Shown piece after piece: positions 1 through 10,383 of a stretch of DNA of 25,191 nt. Source of the stretch: a virus (taxonomy: Duplodnaviria > Caudoviricetes); IMG/VR virus record IMGVR_UViG_3300005662_003141, positions 1 through 25,191 of that record. One strand, 5' to 3'. Position numbers and translations under genes: made by a program. Position 1 is the first letter of the stretch; the number at the start of each line of letters is the position of its first letter. The notes under the pieces were generated by a model. The model worked only from the letters and a program-made list of their open reading frames with translations. It did no database searches and was not told the origin of the DNA.

Positions 1-1
1 G

Positions 2-532
2 CTCAACCTTGTTCAGGGCCGAATCTGGAGCGCAGAGCGCGCAATGGACCGCGTTGGCGTGGAGGACCCAGAGGGCGAGAAGGACGTCATCCGCGACGAG
101 CAGACAGACGCAACCCTCAACCCAGCTGCTGTCCTCACAATGGGTCAGCTCATGATGATGTTCCAGCAGCTCCAGCAGCAGCAGGCAGCAATGCAGCAGC
201 AGCAGGCGATGATGCAGCAACAGATGGGCGCACAGCAAGGACCACCACCGGGAGCCCCAGCGGCACCTGGCGGCGGTGGAGTGCCACCAGATATCGCAAT
301 GCAACTACAGGCACAGCAGGCATCCGCAGAGAACGCATTCCGTCAGGTTGGTCAGCCTCAGGGAACTGAGATGATGAACGGCGGAGAGATGGGCGAAGTA
401 CCGCCTGAGATGCTTCCAGAGAATGCACAGCCTGGGGCTGAGGCGCAGCAAGGCGTCGGACAACCAGGTGACCTAGGGGCGCAGATCGCGGCTCTACGAC
501 AAAACAAAACAATCAACCGTCTAGCAAGATAA
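2..532 (+). CDS. Portal protein, C-terminal part (truncated by window edge), with Q/M/P/G-rich tail
   Basis: Frame open from base 2 (LNLVQGRIWSAERAMDRVGVEDPEGEKDVIRDEQ), resembling the S-x-E-x-A-M...V-x-D-P..E...I..E end of SPP1-like portals; low-complexity tail; lies upstream of scaffold and capsid genes. Confidence 0.7.
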   Translation, partial: LNLVQGRIWSAERAMDRVGVEDPEGEKDVIRDEQTDATLNPAAVLTMGQLMMMFQQLQQQQAAMQQQQAMMQQQMGAQQGPPPGAPAAPGGGGVPPDIAMQLQAQQASAENAFRQVGQPQGTEMMNGGEMGEVPPEMLPENAQPGAEAQQGVGQPGDLGAQIAALRQNKTINRLAR

Positions 533-544
533 CGGAGGACCATA

Positions 545-3391
545 ATGGCACGAAGAGGTAGGTTCGGGCGGTCAGCATCGGGTTCTCAGAACCTGTCGTC
601 GCTCGTTTATTCGCTCCTGAAGGAAGAGCGCAATAACCAGGAAAGCACGATGCTTACGTCGTACAAGAACAACATGATGTCTGGCAGCGCTGCCGGCCTG
701 TTTACTTCAAACGGAAGTACCCTCCCTGCCACTGCAGCTAACCTTGTAGAATGGTACAAGGCTCAGGCAGCAGCGGCCGAGGCGGTAGGCGACTCAACTG
801 GAGCGCAGCGATTCCGCACACAGGCAGAAGAGTTCCGCATCCAGTCCCTTCGTGACATTGAAACCGTCCTAGACAACGCCTACCAGAACGGCAACTCGAT
901 TGACCTAGCCCTTATTGGCGGTTCTGGCTCTGCAAAGATTGACGGGAAAGAGTACGAGAAGTGGCTTAACTCAATCCTGAGCGACGCCTCTATGACCGCA
1001 TCCGACAGGGAGCGCTTGCAGAGCAAGCTATTTACTGTGTCCTACAACTACGCTGCAGAGAACATGGTAAATGGTTTTAACGAGAAGAAGTACACAGCTA
1101 ACCAGCTCGTAGCATTCTACGATAAGGAGATTGAGCGCGCTCGTCAGAACGGTCTCACAGATACAAGCAAGACGATGCGCGACATCGTTGCCGCACGCGC
1201 TGCCGCCATTCAGCGGGCTTCAAACGACGCAGCAGCAGCAAGGGTTACAAAGGTTGAGAGCGCTCTGTCAGACGAAACAGACGCGATGGCATCTGCAATT
1301 CAGCGTCTTATTAAGCCAGTGCTTAAGAACTACTTCTCATCCACAGAGGTTGTTGACGCCTTGCTAAAGGACTTCGGAAAGGGCAAGGGGGATGAGTGGC
1401 TAACTCGTTTCTCAAACGCAATTCAATCAGGAAAGATTGACTACGTCCAACTGTTTGACGCAGGGGCTTCCGCTAACGGGCTTAGCGTAGAGGACATGCG
1501 GTCCATTGCTCAGGTGTTTGGGGGGCTCAAAGACGAAGTTGAGAACCTAAAAGACCAAGGTTACGCAAAAGAGCTTGGCGATTGGATTTCTTTTGCGGAC
1601 CAGGTTAGCACAAACTACACAGACGGAGCATTTGCGGCGTCAACTCGTCCGTATGTCTCTACCTTCAACGCTGCATACACAACAGTTGGAGGCAGCGTTG
1701 GCGTGCAGTATTCTGGCGAGCCAGGTAAAACTGCCGACGCTCTTGGCGACTTGGTTGGAAGCATTAGCGGCGCAGGGTACGAGAGCAACGTAACTGACAG
1801 CTCTACCATTTCCCAGGTCGCCCTATTTGGACAAGGGATGCTTGGATCGCTAATTCCTAGCCAGCCTGGTGTTGATAGCGTTGAGAAGCTAGTTGACTAC
1901 CTCTCAAAGAACGGCGCAACTGCAGGCATGAACAAGACCGATATTGCAAACAGCATTGCTCAATGGCTATTTGTCTCTAAGAACAATCCGCAAGCCTCTA
2001 TTAGCGGATCAGTCCCTATGGAGCTTTATAACCTTGGAATTACCACTGAGATGCTTGACAATCCAATTGGTGGAGCTTCCTCAGGCGGCCTTACAACTGG
2101 CGACATCTTGCGATTGCATATTGAGTCTGTGTACATTCCGCAGTCTATTCGAGAAACTGTTGACCCAAATGGAAACCCAACAAGGGCTATTGCATACAAG
2201 ATGGACCCTAAGACTGGTGAGTTTGCGTTTAACGTTATCCCTAGCGCAAGCGTAAGCAGCTCTGAGTATGTGATGAGCGTCGGAGAAAACGGGAATATCT
2301 ACTACACTCAGGCTATCCCGTATGCCGCACAGGAGGGAACCAGCGTCCCAATTAAGTTTGTCCCAGTCCCTGGAGGCGGAAACTATGCCGGAGGAAATGA
2401 CGCCAACGACCTAATCGTTATTGACTTTAGCGGCGGGTATGGCAAGCCAATGGCCTTCACTGCAGCTGACATTGAAAGTTTCACAAGTTGGTACACCACT
2501 CAAAATAGCGGAGCAGGTGGAGACTATTCAGGCTTCAGGCTTGAGCCAGACCAGGCAAATCCCGGCAGGATGACTTTCACTGCAGGTGCCGCGCTTCTGT
2601 CGGCTATTACCGCACAAAACCCTTGGAGCGGCGGAGCTCTTGCCGACTGGATGAACGCAACTGGGCTTAAAGTCACAGACTTTTATCTGACCAGACACGG
2701 CTCAACGATTCTTATAGGAGAAGATTTCGTTGACGAATACCGCAATGAGATCTTCTCATCAGGTCTTCAGGGCACTGACGCTAGAACCGCAGTTATGGAC
2801 TGGCTTAAGAATACCAAGAAGATCTCTGACCCTGGCGGAAAGATTCTCAATATGATCCTAAACGGCGGCTACCTTGTAGCAGAGAATGGCGATAATGGTC
2901 TGACCTGGAAGATCTGGAAGGACGGTCAGCAGTACACAAACAGCACAGACGATACCCAAGATAGGCTTCCACCGGCTCCAGCTGGTACAAAGCCAGATCC
3001 AAACGCTGTTGTGTCATCAGACCCATCGTTCGGGTGGGGAGGCAACCCACAGACGCCTAAGCCAGAACCGCTTGGGATTGGCGGGACAGCTGGGGTCCGA
3101 GGAACTCAAACTGAAAGGTTTATTCCTACTTCTGACCTCATGGAGCACACGTTTAGGAATCTTACCCCTTCACTTACACCAGTAGCGCCAATTGCTCCTC
3201 CTCCAGGTGGAACGGCGCCAATTATTGCGCCTGGGATGAAGCCAGATGGTCCTGAAGTTACTGCTCCAGCAGTATCTCCAGGCACTTCGCCAATCCCTGC
3301 AAGCACGCCTAGCATGCGGCCTATGGGCGGATCAGCGCCAGCAGTAAATAGAACCTTTGGAGTCGACAGAACAGCACGTAGGAGTTTGTAA
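545..3391 (+). CDS. Large virion protein, probable internal/ejection protein (948 aa)
   Basis: Long ORF with GGAGG SD just upstream; basic N-terminus, helical-looking first half, Pro-rich C-terminus; head-gene context. Function inferred from context only. Confidence 0.55.
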   Translation: MARRGRFGRSASGSQNLSSLVYSLLKEERNNQESTMLTSYKNNMMSGSAAGLFTSNGSTLPATAANLVEWYKAQAAAAEAVGDSTGAQRFRTQAEEFRIQSLRDIETVLDNAYQNGNSIDLALIGGSGSAKIDGKEYEKWLNSILSDASMTASDRERLQSKLFTVSYNYAAENMVNGFNEKKYTANQLVAFYDKEIERARQNGLTDTSKTMRDIVAARAAAIQRASNDAAAARVTKVESALSDETDAMASAIQRLIKPVLKNYFSSTEVVDALLKDFGKGKGDEWLTRFSNAIQSGKIDYVQLFDAGASANGLSVEDMRSIAQVFGGLKDEVENLKDQGYAKELGDWISFADQVSTNYTDGAFAASTRPYVSTFNAAYTTVGGSVGVQYSGEPGKTADALGDLVGSISGAGYESNVTDSSTISQVALFGQGMLGSLIPSQPGVDSVEKLVDYLSKNGATAGMNKTDIANSIAQWLFVSKNNPQASISGSVPMELYNLGITTEMLDNPIGGASSGGLTTGDILRLHIESVYIPQSIRETVDPNGNPTRAIAYKMDPKTGEFAFNVIPSASVSSSEYVMSVGENGNIYYTQAIPYAAQEGTSVPIKFVPVPGGGNYAGGNDANDLIVIDFSGGYGKPMAFTAADIESFTSWYTTQNSGAGGDYSGFRLEPDQANPGRMTFTAGAALLSAITAQNPWSGGALADWMNATGLKVTDFYLTRHGSTILIGEDFVDEYRNEIFSSGLQGTDARTAVMDWLKNTKKISDPGGKILNMILNGGYLVAENGDNGLTWKIWKDGQQYTNSTDDTQDRLPPAPAGTKPDPNAVVSSDPSFGWGGNPQTPKPEPLGIGGTAGVRGTQTERFIPTSDLMEHTFRNLTPSLTPVAPIAPPPGGTAPIIAPGMKPDGPEVTAPAVSPGTSPIPASTPSMRPMGGSAPAVNRTFGVDRTARRSL

Positions 3392-6300
3392 TGGCTAGAA
3401 TCGGCGGAAGCATTGTAGACCCAACGCCACCGTACAATAGCGAAGACCCAAGTAACCGCGGCATTACATCTAGAGAGCTTAACGTAACAGTAACTCCAGA
3501 ATACGGACTTGACACTGGAAGGCTTCTGGATGTTCCGGGTGAGCTTTCAAGCGGTGGCGATTCCAGCAACCCTATTGACTTTGCTGCGTCGCTGCCATTC
3601 CGCGGCATCGGCATGGCGGGGCAGGCCCTTGGCGCTGGCCTAAAGGTCGGCGGAGACATCATTGGCGCAAGCCCGCTTGGCTTTATTGCAAGCCAGAGGC
3701 TTGGGGACGGCACAGTTGGCGACATTGTTGGGAATATCGGCAAGGTGTTCCTTGACATTCTTGCGAAGCCAGGAGAAATTGTCCAGGACTTTGGAGCCAT
3801 GCTCCGCATCAAGACGGCTAACGGCACCCTTCCTCCAGATATCCAGGCAATGGTTGACGGAGGAGCATCTGAAGATGCCATTATCAAGTACATGCGCGAG
3901 ACCGGTCGGTCTCTTGCAAATGACCGAACGGTTAACCTAGGTCTCTCTCTTCTGCTTGACCCGCTGAACCTGACCCCGTTTGCACTTGGCAAAGCAAACC
4001 TGCTAAAGGGAATTGGTAAGCTTGGTACAACTGGAGCTGGTATCGGCCTTGGCGCTGCGCTTGGTCCTGTAGGCGCTGTAGCTGGCGGCCTAGGAGGATA
4101 CGCACTAGGAGGACGAGTTGGCCAGAAGCTGGCCGAGCTAGGATTTAAGGCCGGAGCAAAGACTATTTCCAAGCAGAGTGGCCTTGAGCTGAGCGCAAAG
4201 GCGCGGGCGATTCAGGCTGCCGAGGCAGCTGGCGAGGCTATCCCCGCAGACCTGAACAAGGGCCAGTATCTTATTTATAACGAGATTGACAAAGCCATTT
4301 TCCGTCCAATGCGCAACGTAGGGAACAGCGTTAAGGAAGGTCTAAAGCTAAAGACTGGGCAGATCCTCCTTAGGGCATATAGCGCACGAGTAATGGATGA
4401 GTTCCACGAGGCGGCCACCCAGGCATTTGGCGAAGACGCAGCCAAGCTCGGTTTGCGACGGTTCGCGATTGCAAAGACGAACTCTGTAATCCAGTCTGTA
4501 TCCAGGTCAAGAATTGGCGACGTTGAATCCGCTGTGGACAACGTTGTTGAGAACGTTGACGCGGACATTAAGCGCGCTCTTGAGGAATACAAGGACGCTA
4601 GGTACAACAACGCTCCAAATGCAACGTTTGATATGCTCGTCGGCGCATCTGGGGATCTAGCCAAGATGCCCGGGAGTACTGACTATGTCATGGCACGACT
4701 TGCGGAAAACGCAGGGGATGTTGGCCTTGAAGTGAAATATAACATGAGCCGAGAAGAGATTATTGGGTTCCTCCAGGACGCAGCTCCTGGGTATGGCCCA
4801 AGGATGGACCCAGGATCAGGCCTCAGGATTGTTGACCAAACTACAACGGTCCAGGCAGCCAAGAACCGACTGCGCAACCGAATGCTTCAGGCTCGAATGG
4901 ACACGGAGCTGGCTGGGTATGACCCAGTTAAGGATGCCGTTCGAGCAGCTTCTACTAACATGGATATGATTGACAATGGGCTCCTTGACGAGGTCGCACT
5001 TGAGGTCAAGAAGGAAGCCGAGTACATCGGCATCTCTGCACCTACTCAGGGGGCTAAGTCGCTTTCCGCTTCTAAGCGTGCGTATATGTACGCAGAGAGG
5101 CTAGCCAACGAACTGGCCAACGGAACTGCAGACGACATCACTAGAGGCGCTGGTAGGATTGAGGCGACGCCAGCTCAAATCCAGGCAATCGCCGACAAGT
5201 TCTTTGGCGGAGCCCGAGTTGAGGGTGGCAAGCTTTTGGGTGGAAAGTACTTTGACGAGACTGGAGTCCTCAATAGCAAGGCCAACATTTCGCGACAACT
5301 TGCTCAGAAGTTTGCCTTTGCTCGTTCAACTACATATGGATTCAACATCAATCGGATGGGCAACGTTCGGCGAGTATTCCACATCGCTACAATCTTTGAA
5401 AAGGCTGGCATTCGCGAGAAGCAGCTGTACGCGAAGGAGATCAGTAAGGCTCTCGGTCGGCCAATAACCGTACGTGAGCTTGAGCAGATTGTGCCTCAGC
5501 TAAAGGAGCTTGGAGACGTATCTGCAATTGCTCGCCCGACATTTGTAAAGACATCAAGCCTGATTGACACAAAGGTTGAGCAATGGACTGCATTGTTTGA
5601 CAACCTTGGGCAAGAGGGTGGCCTAGTTGCTAGCGCCTACCCAGATATCCCACAGGCCGTGATTGCAAAGCTTAATAGCATCATGGCAGGTGGCCCGCGT
5701 TCCGCAGCTGAAGCCAAGACGTTCTGGGCAACCCAGGCCGCAGCCACATTTGAAGACGTAGCAACGAACACCCCAGGATACAAGCTTACTTCCGGTTCAA
5801 TCTCGGCTCAGCAGGTTAAGGACTTCTTGACCGCGGCCAAGAACGCTAGCGCCACGACAGCCAGGGCTACACCTAAGGAGCTTAGCGCTATGAGGGAGGC
5901 TTGGCGCTTGCTTAATGGGAACACAGACGAGCTTGACAACATTATTGCTGCAGCAAAGCGAGACGGATACGAAATCGGTATTGCACCTGCAGACAACGTC
6001 ATCCGCGAGCCGCGACTGATCGCGACAGTGGAGAAGCAGGGGTTGGCAGTTCCTGAAGTCGCAACGATTGACCGACCGTTCATTGACATTACTTCAGAGT
6101 TTGTTGACGGGTTGCCTGACCTAGCAAACCCACAGGCATACAAGGTAGGCGGCGTTCGCGGTGCGGTCCAGAGCATGCTTGCCCCAATCCCGCAGGCTCT
6201 TGTGACATCGTCAGCATCTCAGAGGCTTCAGCTTATTTTGCGAGACAGGTTTACAGTTGACGAGATTGACGAGTTCAACCGCCGGGTAACAACTCGCGCA

Positions 6301-8391
6301 GTTGGCGACCGCAAGGGCGTTCGAGGACTTGAGCAGAGCACCATGGAAGACATCATGGGCGAGATCCTGCAGGAGAAGACTGGCGCAGCGTCAGCCAAGG
6401 CTGCATGGCAGGAGCGAATTGACGCTCTTAAGGCAGCTGGAATTAGGTCTCCAAATCTTCAGACAGACATCATTAAGGCGTTTAAGGCTGAGTACGACCA
6501 GTCTGGTTACTCGCAGTGGATTAGCAGTGCCATGAAGAGTGCCCCAGGCATTGGAAAGCACCTTGCTTATATTTCTGAGAGTTTGTACCCTATGCTTAAG
6601 TACAAGATCAACCCGCTCTTCTTTGCACAAGAGCTCATTGAGTCCCCATTCTACGCTGAGTTGCGCGGAATGAACAGAGGCGACATGGAGGCCAAGCTTA
6701 AGGCTGCCGGCGTGACGTCTCGTGAAATCCGCCAGATGTTCGGCGAAAGAACAGCATCACAGGCCATGCAGCTGCACGAGCAAGCGTTCTTCTCGTACAC
6801 TGCTCGCTCACGAGGAGCTGCAGACTCGGCTCTCAAGGAAGGACTCACGGCCAAGGAAATCCTAAGCAACCCAAGAAGGATTCTTGACGAAGGCTGGGAG
6901 GCTACGGCAGACTTTAAGGAGAAGTACCGAGACCTCATGGCCGCAGGAGACCTGGCGCCAAAGTTCCAGAAGTTTGTGCAGCAGAACATGCCTGATGAGG
7001 CGGTTGCTCTACACAACCGATACGGAGCAGACGCATTTGACCAGCTCATTGGTTGGATGAGCGAGTACAAGCGAATGCAGGCAGCTAAGTTTGGCGGCTC
7101 TGCAATTAACACGATGAAGGCACCTGGGTTTGGCTTCGCGGTAAACCCGTCAGCCACAGGTTTGGCCCAGATTATCTCTGAGGTCAACGATATCCTTCCA
7201 ATGCACACATCGGAAAAGTTTGCTACACTTGTTCAGGGCGGCGCTCGCCCTCGAATCATTACCAGCACGTTCCGAGCTAAGTTTATTAACGCAGCCCAAG
7301 ACGCTGGATACGATGTGGCTGCCGCCAGGACTGCCCTTGACCAACTTGACAACATTGCGCAGCGCTATGCGCTTGAGCTAAACCGAGTTGGCCCGAACCT
7401 TCAGTTCCTAAAAGGTGAGTACGACAGCGCGCTGAAGGCATTCGGCGTTGAGATGCGAGGTCTTACTTCGCAGCTACAACTTGCCGACGTCCACAAGGCT
7501 ATTGTTATGGAGCTCATGGACGCCTACGTACCAGGATTCTCAAAGACTTCTGGTGCGAACGAGATCATTGAGGCTATTGCAAACGCACGTAAGTACGGAG
7601 CAAAGTTTGCCACGATGGGCAGGCTTATTGAGCAGATCCGCATTGACGCTGGAGACATGTCTGTACTAAGCGCCGGTGCAAGAGACTCAATTAGGCAGAC
7701 AGTCCAGCGATACGCAAACTTTAGCGGTGAGCGCGGGGCGGTTGTGCGATCGACTCAGGACATCCTTACTGACACGACCAGCAACCTACTTAAAGATCAT
7801 GCCGGGGAGCAGGCGATGTTTGAGGCAGCTAAGTGGTCTTACGCCAAGTCTGTAGAAGAGATGAACAGGGTTAACTACTTCAGCAGCAATCGCTCATGGT
7901 TTGAGCGAAGCATCAACCACCCATTCCTGGGCCTTTATCCATTCTCGTACATGTTCGGCAAGGTTCTTCCTGAGCTGACGCGATTCATGTTTTACAAGCC
8001 GTTCGGCGTTACGGCGCCAGGCGCAGGGTACGCAGCTTACAGGAAAATCTCTGAATACGTCTCGTACAACGGTCTGCCACCTGGATGGGAAACAACACAA
8101 GAGAAGCCAGACTGGCAGTTCCTGCTAGTTCAGCTAATCCCTGGAATCCCAGAAGATATGACCGTGGTCACTCCAAAGTGGTTCCGTTCTGGCGTATCAA
8201 CGATCTCTCGCCAAGGCTACGACCAGTACAAGGCGACAGACCTTGCTGGCCAGGCATTTGACTGGGCGCTCAACAGCGGCGTAGGTGGAGTAAGCCAGCT
8301 TGCCCTTAAGTCATTCGGCGAGCTGACCAATAATGCAGCAGACTTTATCACTGGTAAGTTCAATACGGAAGCAGATCCATTTAGAAAATAA
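3391..8391 (+). CDS. Very large virion protein, probable DNA-ejection/internal protein (1666 aa)
   Basis: TAATG coupling to the previous gene; LLLDPLNLTPF motif, glycine-zipper hydrophobic segment GAGIGLGAALGPVGAVAGGLGGYALG, Ala-rich helical body, C-terminal HPFLGLYPFSY segment, as seen in large podovirus-type internal proteins. Confidence 0.6.
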   Translation: MARIGGSIVDPTPPYNSEDPSNRGITSRELNVTVTPEYGLDTGRLLDVPGELSSGGDSSNPIDFAASLPFRGIGMAGQALGAGLKVGGDIIGASPLGFIASQRLGDGTVGDIVGNIGKVFLDILAKPGEIVQDFGAMLRIKTANGTLPPDIQAMVDGGASEDAIIKYMRETGRSLANDRTVNLGLSLLLDPLNLTPFALGKANLLKGIGKLGTTGAGIGLGAALGPVGAVAGGLGGYALGGRVGQKLAELGFKAGAKTISKQSGLELSAKARAIQAAEAAGEAIPADLNKGQYLIYNEIDKAIFRPMRNVGNSVKEGLKLKTGQILLRAYSARVMDEFHEAATQAFGEDAAKLGLRRFAIAKTNSVIQSVSRSRIGDVESAVDNVVENVDADIKRALEEYKDARYNNAPNATFDMLVGASGDLAKMPGSTDYVMARLAENAGDVGLEVKYNMSREEIIGFLQDAAPGYGPRMDPGSGLRIVDQTTTVQAAKNRLRNRMLQARMDTELAGYDPVKDAVRAASTNMDMIDNGLLDEVALEVKKEAEYIGISAPTQGAKSLSASKRAYMYAERLANELANGTADDITRGAGRIEATPAQIQAIADKFFGGARVEGGKLLGGKYFDETGVLNSKANISRQLAQKFAFARSTTYGFNINRMGNVRRVFHIATIFEKAGIREKQLYAKEISKALGRPITVRELEQIVPQLKELGDVSAIARPTFVKTSSLIDTKVEQWTALFDNLGQEGGLVASAYPDIPQAVIAKLNSIMAGGPRSAAEAKTFWATQAAATFEDVATNTPGYKLTSGSISAQQVKDFLTAAKNASATTARATPKELSAMREAWRLLNGNTDELDNIIAAAKRDGYEIGIAPADNVIREPRLIATVEKQGLAVPEVATIDRPFIDITSEFVDGLPDLANPQAYKVGGVRGAVQSMLAPIPQALVTSSASQRLQLILRDRFTVDEIDEFNRRVTTRAVGDRKGVRGLEQSTMEDIMGEILQEKTGAASAKAAWQERIDALKAAGIRSPNLQTDIIKAFKAEYDQSGYSQWISSAMKSAPGIGKHLAYISESLYPMLKYKINPLFFAQELIESPFYAELRGMNRGDMEAKLKAAGVTSREIRQMFGERTASQAMQLHEQAFFSYTARSRGAADSALKEGLTAKEILSNPRRILDEGWEATADFKEKYRDLMAAGDLAPKFQKFVQQNMPDEAVALHNRYGADAFDQLIGWMSEYKRMQAAKFGGSAINTMKAPGFGFAVNPSATGLAQIISEVNDILPMHTSEKFATLVQGGARPRIITSTFRAKFINAAQDAGYDVAAARTALDQLDNIAQRYALELNRVGPNLQFLKGEYDSALKAFGVEMRGLTSQLQLADVHKAIVMELMDAYVPGFSKTSGANEIIEAIANARKYGAKFATMGRLIEQIRIDAGDMSVLSAGARDSIRQTVQRYANFSGERGAVVRSTQDILTDTTSNLLKDHAGEQAMFEAAKWSYAKSVEEMNRVNYFSSNRSWFERSINHPFLGLYPFSYMFGKVLPELTRFMFYKPFGVTAPGAGYAAYRKISEYVSYNGLPPGWETTQEKPDWQFLLVQLIPGIPEDMTVVTPKWFRSGVSTISRQGYDQYKATDLAGQAFDWALNSGVGGVSQLALKSFGELTNNAADFITGKFNTEADPFRK

Positions 8392-8393
8392 CA

Positions 8394-8418
8394 CAGGCCA
8401 GAAGTACTGGTCTGGGGA
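8394..8418 (+). promoter_or_regulatory. Intergenic stem-loop (copy 1 of hairpin family)
   Basis: CAGGCCAG-AAGTA-CTGGTCTG then GGGA; 8 bp with one G-U pair. Confidence 0.5.
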
Positions 8419-8439
8419 TAGTTAAGAAAGGAGCCAGAG

Positions 8440-8979
8440 ATGGCAGACCTTGAAGTCGCGGCACCGCAGCCGCTTGAGTCACAGCAGGAGGAGGTAACTC
8501 CACCCGCAGTCACTGAGGCGGAGGATGATGTCGCCACTTGGAAGCGTCGTCTCTCAGGAAAGGACCAAGCTCTAACTGCAGCCCAGAAGGCGGCAGAAGA
8601 GTTTAAGTCCAAGTACGAGGAGCTCGCACAGTGGAAGGCCGCCCAAGAGGAGGCATCACTGTCGGAGTTTGAGAAGGCAGCGCGCAAGATTAAGCAGCTC
8701 GAGGACGAGCTCAAGGCCACGGAAACGCGGTACGAGTCGGAGAAGCTGAAAGCCAGCTTCCCTCAGTACTATAATTTCCAAGAGAAGGTGCGTAACCTGA
8801 CCGAGGCCCAGCGTGCTGCGGAGTTTGAGAACTTCGTTAAGTCACAGATCGGTGGGGATCAGCCCACAGAAATCAGCGACGCTAACGCTCCAAAGCGTAG
8901 CGCCGGTAAAGACAAACCAATGAAGCCAGAGGACATCAAGGACGCAATTCGCGCCCTTGGAAATCCCTGGGCAGAGTAA
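8440..8979 (+). CDS. Capsid scaffolding protein
   Basis: 179 aa, acidic, coiled-coil-like (SLSEFEKAARKIKQLEDELK), directly upstream of the capsid gene; AAGGAG SD. Confidence 0.8.
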   Translation: MADLEVAAPQPLESQQEEVTPPAVTEAEDDVATWKRRLSGKDQALTAAQKAAEEFKSKYEELAQWKAAQEEASLSEFEKAARKIKQLEDELKATETRYESEKLKASFPQYYNFQEKVRNLTEAQRAAEFENFVKSQIGGDQPTEISDANAPKRSAGKDKPMKPEDIKDAIRALGNPWAE

Positions 8980-8993
8980 GAGGAGGTAGCTAA

Positions 8994-10313
8994 ATGGCTA
9001 CTACATCAACCCTTTCGGGTCCTGCTCTGAACAACCTCAAGTCCTTTAACGGATCTGAGGCCAATGCGTTCCAGAAGCTCGTGCAGGAGCTTGTGTCGCA
9101 GAACGTTCAGGTTGAACTTCGAAATCGCATGGTTCACGCCCTTCCGAGCAACTATATGCCGGGAACCTTCATCAAGGGCACCGACCGCATTCGTTACGTC
9201 CGCTACCCAGACATCAGCCACTCGTTGACTGAGCTCTCGGAAGGCGTGACCCCTGACCCAGTGGTCAACCTCAGTGTCCGCACTGAGTACTTCTCGGTAA
9301 AGCAGTACGGTGCATACACCAGCCTCAGCGACATTGTCCAGCAGGACTCGCCGCATGACTTGGTGTCCATTGCATCGGAGCGCATTTCGTTCGCAGCAGC
9401 GCAGTCCATGGACCGCATTGTTCGCGATGTGATGAACGCTGGTACGGCTCGCGTGCACTATGCACAGGCCCAGTCCACGTCGTCCTCGATCACGACCCGA
9501 GCCGGCCTTGCAGGTGCAACGATTTCTGACGCAGCGGACGCAACCGCACGCCAGGACTACAAGCTCAACGGTCTTGAAGTGAAGAAGGCTGTTGCTCGTC
9601 TTAAGACGGCCAACATCCCTCCGTTCGCAGACGGCTACTACCGCTGCATCATTCACCCAAATCAGCAATTCGACTTGCTGACGGATACTTCGAACCACGG
9701 CTTCCTTGAGGCCACGAAGTACACCCAGTCCCTTGACCTCCTGAACGGTGAAATCGGCGCCTATTCTGGCGTTCGCTTCCTCGTTTCTCCAGAGGCAAAG
9801 ACGTTTGATGTTAGCGGCACCACGGTTTACTCGGCACTCTTCTTTGGTCCTGACGCATTCGTCGTCGGCGACTCACAGACGATGCAGACGTACTTCGTTG
9901 CCCCTGGCGGCGATCACTCCGACCCACTCTCGCAGCGTGCTCTCCTTGGTTACAAGGTGCGCTTCGGTGCGATGATCGTCGGCGAGGCCGCAGCCAGCGA
10001 CTACAACGGCTTTGATAAGGCTGCTGTTGTTTCAACCGTTGCAAAGACCACCACGACCGCAGTACTCACGACCAGCGCAGCCCACGGGTTCTTCGCTGGC
10101 GAGGCTATCAAGGTCATCGGTGTACATGCTGACGTTAACGGCAGCTGGACGCTGACTTCTGTTACCAGCACGACGCTCACCTTCACGGTGACGACGAGCG
10201 GTACCATCAGCAGCACTGCAGTCTCGGACGGCTTCGTTACGAAGATCGTTCCGCAGACCAGCACCGGTATCACGCGATACCTGCGTCTCGAGACGCGAGC
10301 AACCACTCTGTAA
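8994..10313 (+). CDS. Major capsid protein, N4-gp56 family (HK97 fold), with inserted beta-rich domain
   Basis: LSEGVTP, VKQYGAY, YRCIIHP..FDL, NGEIGAYSGVRF, GGDHSDPLSQR..LGYK, RLET motifs typical of the family; AGGAGG SD. Confidence 0.93.
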   Translation: MATTSTLSGPALNNLKSFNGSEANAFQKLVQELVSQNVQVELRNRMVHALPSNYMPGTFIKGTDRIRYVRYPDISHSLTELSEGVTPDPVVNLSVRTEYFSVKQYGAYTSLSDIVQQDSPHDLVSIASERISFAAAQSMDRIVRDVMNAGTARVHYAQAQSTSSSITTRAGLAGATISDAADATARQDYKLNGLEVKKAVARLKTANIPPFADGYYRCIIHPNQQFDLLTDTSNHGFLEATKYTQSLDLLNGEIGAYSGVRFLVSPEAKTFDVSGTTVYSALFFGPDAFVVGDSQTMQTYFVAPGGDHSDPLSQRALLGYKVRFGAMIVGEAAASDYNGFDKAAVVSTVAKTTTTAVLTTSAAHGFFAGEAIKVIGVHADVNGSWTLTSVTSTTLTFTVTTSGTISSTAVSDGFVTKIVPQTSTGITRYLRLETRATTL

Positions 10314-10332
10314 TCAGAGTTAATGGTGGACC

Positions 10333-10365
10333 TCCCCCCGACTGGCTTATGACTGGTCGGGGGGA
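10333..10365 (+). terminator. Strong GC stem-loop after capsid gene (terminator/attenuator or stabilising hairpin; copy 2 of hairpin family)
   Basis: TCCCCCCGACTGG-CTTATGA-CTGGTCGGGGGGA, 13 bp with two G-U pairs; no U-tract. Confidence 0.55.
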
Positions 10366-10383
10366 ACCCCGATAGGAGAAAGA

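Noticed and set aside
3321-4172. 283 aa antisense ORF
   Set aside because: Pro/Ser-rich mirror of Gly-rich sense codons
9006-9698. 230 aa antisense ORF in the capsid gene
   Set aside because: Explained by codon bias of a highly expressed gene
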